From the NCBI GenBank assembly GCA_010909165.1, contig MU008181.1:186001-250000 (forward strand): a stretch of DNA of 64,000 nt, read 5' to 3'. The notes beneath the pieces were generated by a model. That model worked only from the letters and a program-made list of their open reading frames with translations. It was not told where the DNA came from and searched no databases. The position numbers were made by a program, and so were the translations under genes. The DNA is from Anthoceros angustus. Taxonomy: Eukaryota > Plantae > Anthocerotophyta. Position 1 is the first letter of the stretch; each line of letters begins with the position of its first letter. This document shows, piece by piece, positions 25,701-38,604 of this stretch.

Positions 25701-28700
25701 GAAATAAATCCCCCTCTCGCATGGCCTCCACAAGAGGTCCATCCCTCCATACAAAGAGCTGTTGCCAGTCTTTTTGTAGGACGAGCAATGTTTCTCTCGC
25801 ATTTTCCAGGAACAATATCTCCGCTCTCAGTTGGGCCTGGCCAATGTGTGCCACCCTTTGAGATGTTGGTTCTTGTTTAAGTTCTTCAAGAATAACATTT
25901 AGGATATCAAGCACCAGAGCAGACGATTGAATGCTTGATTGGACCTAGCGCAAATAAGTATGGTCAGCAACAATGCGGTGACACGTCAAAACATCCCAAA
26001 GAACTAACCTATCACCATAATGAATAAACACAGAAACAGTGGAGACACAGAAAAACATGATTACCTCTGCATTGCATATTTCTCTGACCGTTGCCAGAGC
26101 ACGTACTTCAGCTACAACAGCTGCAAACTTAACGGCCAAGGCATCCTTGTCCCGGCTTGGTCGAAAACCCTGAAGACGCTCTTTTGTTTCAAAGGCTTGC
26201 CTCATACCAATCAGGAAAGAAGGAAAATACAACCGTGCCACTTACACCCAGAAAATCTGACGTCTCAGTGTGTTGATGACAGTTTAGTATATGTAGACGC
26301 CGTGGTCCTTTACATCTTGGTTGAGTCAGCAATGCCATCAACTGACAGACAGTGGTTTTACCACAGCCTGTTTCACCAACTAGTAAGATGGGTTCGCCAT
26401 GATGTATGCCACGTTCCACAAGACTGAACAGTCTCTTCATGCTGTTTGTCCATACGATTCTGGAAAAAAACCAACAACAATGTAGCTTAGCATGCCATTC
26501 AGGCACCACATTCTTGCATAACCCCTTCTAATGAATCAATCACTTACTTCCCTAGACGAGCTTCCGACACAGGTGCTTCTAGGTGCAGTTGAAGCTCCCG
26601 AAATGCATCTGAGCTTGTCAGCTGAAAAGCAGGACACAAACAGGTTGTATCAATACGCCCAGTCAAGTGAGCAATACCAAAACCTGTGGAGGCACGGCAG
26701 AAGATGGCCCAAACCTCGTGCAGATGTTCCACATCAATTCTCACTCGCATGTGCTTTTCTAAGGAACCCTGAACAACAGCCTTCTCACTCTCATCCCGCA
26801 GGCGCTCCGCAAGAAGCATATAGCCATTGGTGGCCAACTCTTCATAGCCACTTGCATGCCTCTCTGCCCATCTGAACAGATCGCGAGCTGTTATAAAACC
26901 ATGCTTTCCAGCAAATACTTGACTGCTCTGTCTATGCCTCTGTAGGTCCTTCATCACGTTGACCATTTTCTCTGCGTAACTCCTAGGAATTGCACACCTA
27001 TTCTCCAGTATCACTTGTAATTCATCATCTGGTATATCATCAACATGCAGCTCAAGGAATCTGTTGCGAAATGCTCGGGACAGTATCTTACGACCACTGT
27101 AAATACCAGGGGGATTCTGAGTGGCAAACAGCATAAACTGAGGATGTGCTTTGATAGTTGCTTGAATCTCTGGTACAAACAACTCCCTGTTGTCATCAAG
27201 CAGACGGTTCAATGCCTCCAACACATCTGAGGGCGCTAGATTCAGCTCATCCAACACAACCCAATGACCTTGTCGAACAGCTTTCACTAAGATCCCCTCC
27301 TGGAAAACTAACTGGCCTGCTGTATTTGTGACATAAGTCCCTAGGTACTCCTGCAAATCTGTATGCTCGTGATTATTGATTCGGACAAACCGATGCCCTG
27401 TTACTGCTGCAAGATACTCAACCAGACTTGTCTTCCCACTTGAGGTTGGACCTTGCAACAAGACTGGGTACTTCCTGACAAACACAGCTCTTGCCAGGTT
27501 CTTTAGGTGCTCACGAATGGTTCTAGTCAGCACATACCGGCCTTGCAATTCCTGCGAAACTTCAGATGGTTTGGTGTCCCCTCGTTCCACCCAGAACTGC
27601 TCAAATAGAACATGACCTGGAGTTGGCTGCGGTGGGACCTTGAGAAGGGACTGGCCCAATGAACTGCTATTAGCACGTCCAAAAACAGCTATCCCAATCA
27701 AATTGGCCATTAACAGAGTACTTTTCTGATCCAAAAGTGTCAAAAACGACGTGCAAAGTCCATCATACAACGCACGCTTGAAACCATAGATGGGTAGTGC
27801 TGCTCTCGTGTACTCTAACGCCCGTGAAAGAGAGCGGAGGCTATACTGTGGCTTTTGCCCAGCTCCATCCAGTAATCGGCAGTCAGCTTCTTCACGAGCC
27901 TTCAAGTAGAAGTCAACAACATCACCCACTGGTGGAGAGGGTAGAGCACCTTCCAAATATTGAAATACAAGAGCCTCCAAATCCTCCTTAGATGTCATCT
28001 CGTCAACAAAAAACTCTGTGAACCGGCTTCTGAGTGCCACAGGCAGATCTCTCTTTCCCACATCAGTAGCTGGATTCATGCACGCGAAAATCCGAAAACT
28101 TGGATGCCTTGGAATGATCTCCACATCACCCCGCTCAGGAAGAGAAAGGGTTCCAGTCTCCTGCTCCAATACACCCGTAAGCCTTTCTAGAGTCTCCGCA
28201 GCAGCGAGATTAATTTCATCAAGAAGTAGCCACTGCCCCTCTTTGAGAGCTTTCACCAGAGCCCCCTCAACAAAGTCGAAGGCAAAACCAGCTTTTGCAG
28301 CTAGAACTTGCTTTTCTGCCTTCTGCACTTTGACTGCAAATGCACCCCACTCGTTGACAAGCTTGTCACTAACAGGTCTCTTTCGTTTTGCTACATGCTG
28401 AGCACCATCCACATGTCCGGCAGGGCGCAGTCCCGGCAAAACTTTTTGAGCTGTACGACGAAAGGCTTCCAAAAGATCGTCCCACTGCTTACGCTCAGCA
28501 TTCCGCCTTACACGTTTCAAAAAGGCGGAGTTTTCCTGGTGTTGAAAGCCCATCAGTGCAAACCAAGAGTAGGCACAAGAGGACACTCAGGCATTGAAGG
28601 AGACGGACCTTTGCTGAGTATGTCCGATGAAACAAATGATTGAACATCTCAAAGAGTGGGGCGCATATCCTTTGAGCGTCCACAGGCTTGAATCCTCCTA

Positions 28701-31700
28701 AGAAATCTGTGCTGTCGCTTTGCTGACTCATGTTCTGTGCAAAAGATCAGGACAACATAAACAGCTGCAAAGCGAGCAAAACTCTTCTTCATGTCAGCTG
28801 ATCAAAGGAAGTGGCAACTTACTAGAACAACCATAGGCATGGAGATTTGACGGGCTAAGTGCTGCACTAGGGTTGTCTTCCCAGTGCCGGTCTCACCAAC
28901 CAACAACACAGGTTCTCCATGCTGCACGCATGCTGCTATGGACTCAAGCATCCGCATAGCATGGCCTGTGTTAGCAAAAACACGACCTGTTGTCGCCTTT
29001 CTCTGCAACCACGTTTGTAAGTAAGAAAATAGCCAGCTAACAAAAGCAGGATGTGCCCAAACAAGTGATGTTCTAGGGAGCTCAATAAAGGAAGACGAGA
29101 CCAGAAACCTGCTTTGGAAGAGTTGGTATAGTAGCCCTGCCGACAGTGAAAGCCAGCGGTAGGACCTGAACCCGACATTCCTTTGTCAGATAGAGGATAC
29201 TTTCTACTGGGCAATAATGCAAGAAGAGGCCACGGGTCACGTAACATACCTGCTGCTTGGGCTTGTTCAGACCACTGTAGAACTCAACTTGCTCAGGAGA
29301 AATGCCCCATTGGGCAGCAAGAGTGTGCAGCACAAGTTGCCTATCAGAGGCGTTCGGAATTGCAGAGGCAAAGACGTCAACAGCCTGCCCCAGCAAATAA
29401 GAGACAAGGGCCACCATGAGGCATTGGAAAGTGGCGAACAAAATGTGTACAGAACCAACGCTTTGTCAAAGCACCTATACTCCAATCACAATTGTTGCAC
29501 AAGTAGCAAATGCGCATACCTCCACATAAACACGCTCCCGAAAAGAGCTGTGCAAGTTGAGACTGGCAGGAGTTTCAGACACAAAAGAAGACAACCTATA
29601 ACACCACTTCATGAGATCCCTGTTACAATACAGATACAATCAGTCGCTAATACAGACACCCTTGTGAAGTATCAAGAACCAGTTCTCTACGCATGGAAAC
29701 AGATCTACCACCAATGGAAAGGTATACCTATGCCATTACCTGGTTGAAAATGGATGACCAAAGTGTATCAGCCTTCCAGTTAACTTATCTGCTGACTGCA
29801 ACTCCTTCATGGTATTCAGAGTCCCTAACATGACACTTGGAGAGGTTAACGGAAGCCACAGGAAAGTGCAGTTCAGGCCAATTTGACTTGGGATGCTTCC
29901 ACCTACAGACCTATCAGCCTGGTGACCAAGGGCCTCAGTCTTGAGAAGCGTCCTTCAAGAATCAGGGCCAGCTCTTCATCTTTTGGGGAGTCGAGAATCA
30001 CTCTTCGCCACAGAGTACTCAACATGTGGCCACCTGCACCACAAAACATTAAACATATGAGATAATTCAGGATAGTACAACCACCCTACTAGACCACAAG
30101 AAACAGCACAGCAGAACTCATGAAATATGGATGTACCTCCCCAACTTGAGCTTTGAGCCAAATCCAAACTTGTCACTGTTGAAAACAGCCTAAAATTCTC
30201 AACAGCCTGGATTACCTGCATCAGCAGCAGATACGATTCTCACATCAAGCTCTGCAAATACCCCATAGATACACCACTGCACAAGAGCTACAGTGCAGCA
30301 GCCAAATTGGCAGCAACGAGATAACCCGCTTACCTCTCCTCTTCCTGCAATGTACAGTTTCCCATCCTCTAATAATGGTGTCAGTGCAGACAATATCTCA
30401 GAAGGCGCTCTGTCAATGTTCTCAAATACAACCCACAATCCTCTAGTGACAGCCTGTCATGCCAGTTGGTCAGAAGTGGACACAAAAAAGCTGGTTTTCA
30501 AGTCTCCATAAGGCCCTCTCCACAACCGAGATAAAATCATACTTGTGTGAGGGCGCCTGGCTGCCACTGGAACTCGCCGGGAGTCTCTGTGCACATGTAG
30601 CTCCCCAGCAAGGTCTTGCTATCCATCTGATCATCCAAATGGATGAACAATATATCTAATTAACAGCATTCAGACGTGTGAATGCTTACTGGAGGCTTTC
30701 TAGGTTAAAGAACCTGGACTTCAACAGGGAAGGTTTAGTAAGAAACCTAAATTGCCAGTAATGCGAGCCACCTCCTGGATGAGTGACGACTTTCCAGCTC
30801 CCACCGGTCCCTCCAGAAGAATTGGCAGCTTTTGGCTCACTGCCAGCACAACAGCTTCCAGGCTACTCCTGGCTGTTGAAGTCATAACAAACAAGCCGTT
30901 ATGAGGCTCCATCCTGCGTGCAATGGTCGACGAGTGAGCTTTCACCAATAAATCAAACTAAGCTCGGTGACAATGCACAATGCTACAAGTTGGTTCTCCA
31001 TTGACGGTTTTACCCCAAAATAGAACATTGCCTCCTTGGGAGCTCAATGCCACAAATTTCAACTTTTGAAAAGTTGCCATCCCTATACTTTGCTGTCAGT
31101 GCCAACTTCCTGGGTTCATCTGGCAAGCTGACTTTTTGGGCATCCTGCAGAAGCTTACGCTCCATGTACATTCCAGCCTTCTCAACAGCTACATCTTGAC
31201 AATATTCTTCCCACCTGCCCAGTTTAGAAAGGAAAGACGACGAATTGAGATCTCTGTGTTTCTCTGTGGTACGCACCACAAACGGATATCCATGCTGAAG
31301 GCCACTTCAACTACACTGTAACGCTGGACGACCATTTCCCGCCACACCAATCAAAAACGAACCTCAATAAACAAGCAACAGCCGTCTCTTCATCCAGCTC
31401 CGCGATCTGAACACATAATTGCTGCCGTGCAATATCGCTCATCCTCAGCATAATAGACACCACTTGCGTGGCACACCACCGAACATCCGCCCGAATCTGA
31501 CTGTCCCCTCCATCCCACTGCAAAAGCTCCAGAAAGGAGCTCCAGTCCCACCTATCACGGAAAGTGCAGGGTTCCAAGAGCAGCAACCGGTACGACGCAC
31601 GAAGGACATCCAGCAGATGTGGTGCTTCCTGAACACCAGGCATCACAGGGTCAGGCAGTCGTCATACAAAGCAGATTTAGCCCAAATACAGAAACCACCG

Positions 31701-32304
31701 TCAGCAAGCATACCCTTGCCTCCGAACACCCTCCTGACACGGGACTTCCAGGAGCACCGCCACGCAGAAGACGTTCAAACGGAGGAGGAGAAAGCTGAAA
31801 GTACTGCAACACCGCACTGGCAGAATCCCCATCCGTGAAATCAGTCATTTTCCTGACGCCTGTCATCGAATTCCATCGAATTCCCACCTCTGATCACACC
31901 GCTCACCTCAGCACATGCGGAGCCAGCTCCAAAGTCCGGCTCAGAGCCATCACCGCATACTCATGGCGGCTTAAACTCCATGTCAAACCATTTTGCGAAC
32001 TAGTGGTCGCATTGTGGGCAAGCTCAGCTCGCCCTTCCCTTCGCCCGTGGTCCACGGACCGTATTAGCTCATCCACAATCCGCGGAACAATTGGCCGGAA
32101 ACAGCCCACCACAGCGACTGTGAATTTCGGGTCTACCAGCAGGTGTTCCAGAACTGAAACTAGTTGAGCCTCCTCCACCCCCTGCCCCTCCCTGCAAACA
32201 CGCACGAGAGAATCAAACGCAACACAGGTGAGGAGAGCGGGGTGCCTCGCCCCCAGTCTCTTCACAGCATCATGAACATCAAACGTCTTGAACGATTCCT
32301 CCAT
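7783..32304 (-). CDS. MDN1: Midasin (MDN1/Rea1) AAA+ ATPase for 60S ribosome maturation, many GT-AG introns
   Basis: N-terminus MEESFKTFDVHDAVKRLGARHP..DPKFTVAVVGCFRPIV. Six Walker A motifs: GPVGAGKS (~30800), GETGTGKT (~28885), GPTSSGKT (~27440), GETGCGKT (~26365), GSPGVGKT (~24195), GPQASGKT (~22840). Long linker, D/E-rich exon 8958-10775, and MIDAS/VWA end LEGDYRTGKRINMKKV...IIADGR...FPFPYYTIVRHIEDLPRTIGGLLRQ/WFELMQ. Exon boundaries were not individually resolved. Confidence 0.97.
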
Positions 32305-32582
32305 CGTCACCACCCAAAGAGCAGCCCAGCAACGGGCTCGAGTGGGCTAACCCACACTTCACAGCCCTGTGAATGGGATCTGGCGGACTTCTAGGAGGAG
32401 GGTTCAGGGTTTAGGTCTCGACATAATCTTGTTCTTTTTTTCATGTACTTATACTACTCAGATTATGACGAGCACAACTTCGAGAAAATATATCTTCATC
32501 TTCTAAGCGAGTAGGTTACTATTCTAAGATTTTATAAAATTTAGAGACTGTTATAAATATTTAAATATATATATAGTCGGGC

Positions 32583-33444
32583 TTCTCGTGCGCATATGGG
32601 GCAGACCCTAAGTTTTTTGTGGAGGATATAGATTTCTTTCTTGTATGGATCGACAAGGCCTAAAATTTTTGCTCCGTTATCCCCTAGGTGTAGAGCGGTT
32701 TCTTGTGCACATCAACAAAACCATAATGGCACGGAACTATGGTCTCATAACTAAAATAGAGTGTGGCCAAGAAATCGCACATGAAGTAGTTTCAATCCAT
32801 TACATATTGGTCTGGATATTGATTTGTTCGCGATTGCAATTGCCCCAAAACATGTCACAGGGTATTACCACCACGGCAAACCTTACAAATCATGCAAGGT
32901 TGGAGGGTCCCACCTTCTCTATATCATGTCCATGCATTAATCTTTTACATATTAAGAACATCTACCACAAGGCACTATCGGCAACGAACTATACATCGGG
33001 CTTCTATGAGGAGGGTTCAGGGTTTAGAGTTCAACATACCCATTTCTTTTTTTGTGTATGACTCAAATGTGAAGAGCATAACTTCCAAATGGAGTATTTT
33101 TGAAAATAAAAAGATATCTTCATCTTTGAACACATAAGAGTAGGTAAATATTCTAAGATTTGCCGTTTGTTTTCAGCTCACTCCATTAATTAACATCTCT
33201 CGATAGATCTGTCTATGTATACATTGTAGGTATACGAAGAAAGGGGATTCTAACTTACATCGGTGCTAACGTCCAAGGTCCAAGGTCCAAGGAAGTAATA
33301 TGTGGAGGAGGGGATATCAATTTAAAAAAAATGGAAATTAGCTAACTTACATCGGTGCTAACATCCAAGGTCCAAGGTCCAAGGTCCAAGGAAGTAATAT
33401 GTGGAGGACGGGATAGCAATTTTAAAAAAATGGAAATTAGCTAA
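32583..33444. repeat. Copy 1 of an ~0.87-kb direct repeat containing (TCCAAGG)n heptamer tracts
   Basis: Near-identical to 34566-35456. Degenerate partial copies lie at ~32385-32535 and ~35830-35930. There is an internal ~100-bp tandem duplication, each unit carrying 3-5 TCCAAGG repeats. Confidence 0.9.
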
Positions 33445-33689
33445 TTGGTCCAAGGTCCAAGAAAACGATATATCCAACTATTACGTATATATTTTGGGGA
33501 TTCCAGCGTAAATCAATACTAACTAAACTTAGCTAACTATCCAAGGTCCAAGGAAACGATATATCCAACTACTCTATAATTACAACTATCAATAGGGAGA
33601 ATCTCGTGCTTTAGACCTTACATGAGCCATGCCAGGATGCCAAAATACTGGGACGATTTAGAAATTTTTTCAAACCACCATGGGGATGC

Positions 33690-33910
33690 AACCCCATTTC
33701 GGTATTAATCTGCCTGCAAGTTGCTTAACTCTGGAGCTCTACATATGTTGGGAGGGTTCTAGCTTAAATCAATACTAACCATATTTTCATACTAGCTAAA
33801 CCCCATTTCGGTAGTGATCTGCCTGCAAGTTGCTTAACTCTGGAGCTCTATATATGTTGGGAGGGTTCTAGCTTAAATCAATACTAACCATATTTTCATA
33901 CTAGCTAAAC
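33690..33910. repeat. Two-copy ~109-bp tandem repeat
   Basis: ccccatttcggta..tctgcctgcaagttgcttaactctggagctcta..tattttcatactagctaaac starts at 33692 and 33801. Confidence 0.9.
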
Positions 33911-34565
33911 TTATAATGATTGAATGTGACAAAACAGTTGCGACACTCATGGATATAGATGTTAAGAATCTAAAAGACCTAAAATACAGTTCCCATACTG
34001 TACCAAAACCCCTTCCCTTGAAAAGGATGCATACAAATGTTGTGATACCAATGGATATGGACGCTGAGAATCTAAAAGACCAAAAATATTGTTCCCATAT
34101 TTCTCTAGAATCCCGTCCATTAGTTCTGACAATCAGGGAAAGAAACGAAGAGGACAAGCGAGAAGCCCGTGGGATTCCAGAACAGCCTAGCGGTTCAAGG
34201 AAGGGCAAGGAGGCCATGCTTGATTCTCCACCCAAGATAAAGATAGCAAAGAGCCCGTTCACATACAGACGCACAAATTGGGATGATGGCGCTGAGCCTT
34301 CTCACAGGTATCTCTAAGAATTGACACTGCTGATTTGCCCAAGCAGTTGCTTTGAAGATAAGAAAAAAACTTTGAAGTACCTATTCTCAGAACGAGTGAA
34401 CACTCTTCTATACAATTAAGTTTGTTTGTAGGGTTTTATGGCTATTTTTTCAGGTCCTGCTTAAAATGAGTTGGAAAATTTTGAACAGCTTGCACGATAG
34501 CAATTTGTTATGAGACCTATTTGTTTCTCTTGTTCATAACTCTTGATATGCTCACGCAAAACATT

Positions 34566-35456
34566 TTCTCGTGCGCATATGGGGCAGACCCTAAGTTTTT
34601 TGTGGAGGATATAGATTTCTTTCTTGTATGGATCGACAAGGCCTAAAATTTTTGCTCCGTTATCCCCTAGGTGTAGAGCGGTTTCTTGTGCACATCAACA
34701 AAACCACACGGAACTATGGTCTCATAACTAAAATAGAGTGTAGCCAAGAAATCGCACATGAAGTAGTTTCAATCGATTACATATTTGTCTGGATATTGAT
34801 TTGTTCGCGATTGCAATTGCCCCAAAACATGTCACAGGGTATTACCACCACGGCAAACCTTACAAATCATGCAAGGTTGGAGGGTCCCACCTTCTCTATA
34901 TCATGTCCATGCATTAATCTTTTACATATTAAGAACATCTACCACAAGGCGCTATCGGCAACGAACTATACATCGGGCTTCTATGAGGAGGGTTCAGGGT
35001 TTAGAGCTCAACATACCCATTTCTTTTTTTGTGTATGACTCAAATGTGAAGAGCATAACTTCCAAATGGAGTATTTTTGAAAATAAAAAGATATCTTCAT
35101 CTTTGAACACATAAGAGTAGGTAAATATTCTAAGATTTGCCGTTTGTTTTCAGCTCACTCCATTAATTAACATCTCTCGAGAGATCTGTCTATGTATACA
35201 TTGTAGGTATATGAAGAAAGGGGATTCTAACTTACATTGGTGCTAACGTCCAAGGTCCAAGGTCCAAGGTCAAAGATCCAAGGTCCAAGGAAGTAATATG
35301 TGGAGGAGGGGATAGCAATTTAAAAAAAATGGAAATTAGCTAACTTACATCGGTGCTAACATCCAAGGTCCAAGGTCCAAGGTCCAAGGTCCAAGGTCCA
35401 AGGAAGTAATATGTGGAGGAGGGGATAGGAATTTAAAAAAAATGAAAATTAGCTAA
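34566..35456. repeat. Copy 2 of the ~0.87-kb direct repeat
   Basis: Same start (ttctcgtgcgcatatggggcagaccc) and end (gaaattagctaa/aaaattagctaa) as copy 1, with scattered substitutions and a different heptamer count. Confidence 0.9.
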
Positions 35457-36038
35457 ATATAATGCCTATATGCCATGGAGAATAACTATCTGCAATGGAA
35501 TCACAATGAGCTTGTAGTGTATAGCAATAAGGCCTACCTAGAACATGATGGCTGTTCACCATGGACTTGTACTGAGGGTGCCTTATATACGATGATTATG
35601 CCTAATAGATGCTAGCAATGTTTATTGTTGTAAGACTCTCCACATATCATCGTTACCCTCTTAGCTCGTTTCATCGTTTCATCGACTACATGGGCTGTTG
35701 TTGTAAGTCTCTCTGAAACCTCTCAGCCAATTTTATTGACCATTGTAAGGTCCTTCAAGGTCATATAATTAAGTAGAATTTAAATCAAAAAAAAAATCCT
35801 CTTCGGTTGGGGTGTTATCATGGCAAGCTTTAGAAATCAAGCAGGAGGGTCCCACCTTGTCTATATCATGAGCCATGCCTTCAATGTTTTACATGTTAAG
35901 AACATCGACCACGAGGCGCCACTCGCAACGTGCGCTACACCGAACAACTCTGTGCAATTAAGTTTTCGTGTAAACATTAAAATGTGTATATATACTTATA
36001 ATTGCTTGAATGTTTGATGGATCACTTCACTTGAATTT

Positions 36039-36214
36039 CTCCCAAAGTTCCTTCACTTTGTAACTCCCAAAGTTCCTTCACTTTGTAACTCCCAAAGTTC
36101 CTTCACTTTGTAACTCCCAAAGTTCCTTCACTTTGTTACTCCCAAAGTTCCTTCACTTTGTTACTCCCAAAGTTCCTTTACTTTGTTACTCTCAAAGTTC
36201 CTTCACTTTGTTAC
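36039..36214. repeat. 25-bp minisatellite, 7 copies
   Basis: ctcccaaagttccttcactttgt(a/t)a recurs every 25 nt from ~36039 to ~36189. Confidence 0.95.
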
Positions 36215-36673
36215 CTATGCTCACTATTAGTCTCCTCCACTCAAAAAGGAACATATGGTAAGATTCCATCCTGGATTCCCCGAGCATAAGAGGAGAGTAA
36301 AAGTTGGCCTTAGAGACATATCCCACAATTTCCACTTATTCATTGAGGGGAGCCTGTACGGTAAGACCACGACGCTACTGAAGCTGATTGTAAGTAGAAA
36401 TTGCGTGAACCCCATCGAGAGAGACAGATTGTGACGTTCCACTGATAGATTGGGAGCCCTGGCCTTCAGAGTCCTGCAAACAGTTGTCTTCTAACGGCAA
36501 ATTTATATGAACTCTATGCGTTAGGCTGTCCACCAGGAGACGCAGAGGAATGACGACCACTTTGCTGAGTGTAAAGCAAATGAGGCCTGGCGCGCATCCT
36601 GTAGTACGTCCTGAGCAATCAAGATATGGACGAGGTCGTGCACCAAGGGAATATGCTCTGTAGGTTGGTCGTA

Positions 36674-37926
36674 CAGTCGGCCCCCCCTAATTGGGAACTC
36701 TATAAATGGGATTTGTCGCACGAGGTAAGCACTGAATTCCTATCAGCACTTCCTCGACCAACAACCAAGCAAACAAATCTGTCTGGTATATAGGTGCAAA
36801 CCAATAAACAACAGGGAGGAGTATTTTTAAAATTTTTAGAGTTTATAATATGCAAGGAATATGCCAAAGCATATTACTTGAGCTTATCCACTTAGCTATT
36901 GTATCCTAAGAATACACTATAATATGCAGGAATATGCCCAAGCATACACTATAATATGCAAGGAATATGCCCAAGCATATTACTTGAGCTTATCCACTTA
37001 GCTATTGTATCCTAAGAATACACTATAATATGCAGGAATATGCAAGGAATATGCCCAAGCATACACTATAATATACAAGGAATATGCCCACACTATAATA
37101 TGCAGGAATATGCCCAAGCATATTACTTGAGCTTATCCACTTAGCTATTGTATCCTAAGAATACACTATAATATGCAAGGAATATGCCAAAGCATATTAC
37201 TTGAGCTTATCCACTTAGCTATTGCTAACCATGTTTAATTAACACTAATCAATGCTTAATTAAGATAAACACATTGGATTAATTAACATTAATCATGTTT
37301 AATTAACATAAGCACTTTAGATTAATTAACACTAATTACTTACTTAAAGATATGTAATTATATTGATTAATGCTAATCAAACACTAAACCCAAGTGCAGA
37401 GATTAGAATCACACGGCATGACAGATTTCTCCAAATGGGATCTCCCATCCTACTCCCTTTAGTTTACAATATAATAAATGAGACTTTTCCCTAAATGATA
37501 ATTGGGACCTTTTGAAACATACATTCATGTTAGTTTCACCTCCCTGAATGGAATTTCTCATTTTCTACTAAAAAAAATTAAAAAAAGAAAGAAAAAAGAA
37601 TCGATTATTTCAGAGCACAATAGACTTTTAGGTGTGATTGAAGACTCTTAAGCTAAGCTTTTTCCTTTATGATAGGTATAGGTTTTTTGATGTTGCTTAG
37701 AGAAAGCGCTAGCTTTTAGACAACTATATAGAGAAGTGGTAAAAATTATTTTTAGTGAAACCTATCAATCAAAATTTAAAATTTTCTTTGTTTTTGAGTA
37801 TTTTTTAAATTTTTAGAGTTTATAATATTTTTATTATTTTCAAATAGAAAAAAATAATCGAGACACCTCCCTTAATGGGACCTCTAAAGGCACTCCGAAC
37901 CAGTCCCAATTAGGGGGGGTGGACTG
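36674..37926. mobile_element. Non-autonomous Tc1/mariner (pogo-like) DNA transposon / MITE-like element, ~1.25 kb
   Basis: Left end CAGTCGGCCCCCCCTAATTGGGA; the right end reverse-complements to CAGTCCACCCCCCCTAATTGGGA (21/23 identical). Both ends are flanked by TA (36672-73, 37927-28). The interior is AT-rich with no transposase ORF. Confidence 0.8.
36845..37225. repeat. Composite tandem repeat (~75-bp unit with shorter sub-units) inside the transposon
   Basis: tataatatgcaaggaatatgcc(a/c)aagcatattacttgagcttatccacttagctattgtatcctaagaatacac recurs about 4 times, interspersed with partial units. Confidence 0.9.
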
Positions 37927-38604
37927 TATGTTCAACCTCACAATTTGCGGCTTTTCTCAAGAAAGGACATAAGTCCTGAACGACCTTGGATTCACCTAAA
38001 TAAGGTAGCTTGGGAGCTGTTGAGACGCTGGACGATGAACAAGTATCACGGACAGCAACGACACTCTGTGGGCACGTAAGGGATGAAGGTACCGGAAGAT
38101 GCCCTGCCCACGACCGTATCGATACAAAAGAGGAACTGCAAGAAAGAATCCCTGATTCTTTGCGAGTCAAGACACATGCGTATGGCTGCAACTGACCTAG
38201 CAGCTCTAAATCAACCATCCGGCTCTCAACAAAATCAGCTCATTAAGGATGCTGGGAAGTGTCCAACCTGCAGAATTGAAGATACTGATTTAGGTGACGC
38301 TGCAGAGACAACTGTATGTGCAGCCAAGAACATGAGTCCTAACCCTCCAGCCGTCACACGGATAAGTTCCATTGTTATCTGTAGAAAGCAAATGATGTGA
38401 TGCATATCAGGTCCATCTGCATGCTTTTAGTCTTGCCAACCACAGAACTAATTAGACTCAAGCAGTACCATAGGAAAATGCTGCAGTCACAACCTCAGGT
38501 TCGACGACGATGGCCGGGCGGAATATTCAGTAGACCAAGCTAGCCTTGTGATGAGTCCACAACATTGCACCCAGGGAATACTGGCTAAAAGTCCTTTGTC
38601 GTTC

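Noticed and set aside
10776-31900. Dozens of short ORFs as separate genes
   Set aside because: They are exons or off-frame shadows of the single intron-rich MDN1 gene.
32398-32414. gggttcagggtttagg as a telo-box or telomeric seed upstream of MDN1
   Set aside because: Imperfect match to AAACCCTA, and the same word is part of the local repeat family (also at ~33010 and ~34990).
32820-32960. Minus-strand peptide DIEKVGPSN reminiscent of hAT transposase (IEEVGPENVVQ)
   Set aside because: Only a few residues match, stops flank it, and the following VVQVVTDN signature is absent.
32583-35456. LTR retrotransposon / TRIM interpretation of the direct repeats
   Set aside because: No TG...CA termini, PBS, polypurine tract, target-site duplication or gag/pol similarity could be seen.
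36039-37225. Regular short repeats resembling a CRISPR array
   Set aside because: Units are head-to-tail with no unique spacers, there are no cas genes, and the context is eukaryotic.
37930-38600. Short ORFs flanking the transposon, possibly one interrupted gene
   Set aside because: Rejoining the flanks at the TA site gave no extended ORF or recognisable protein.
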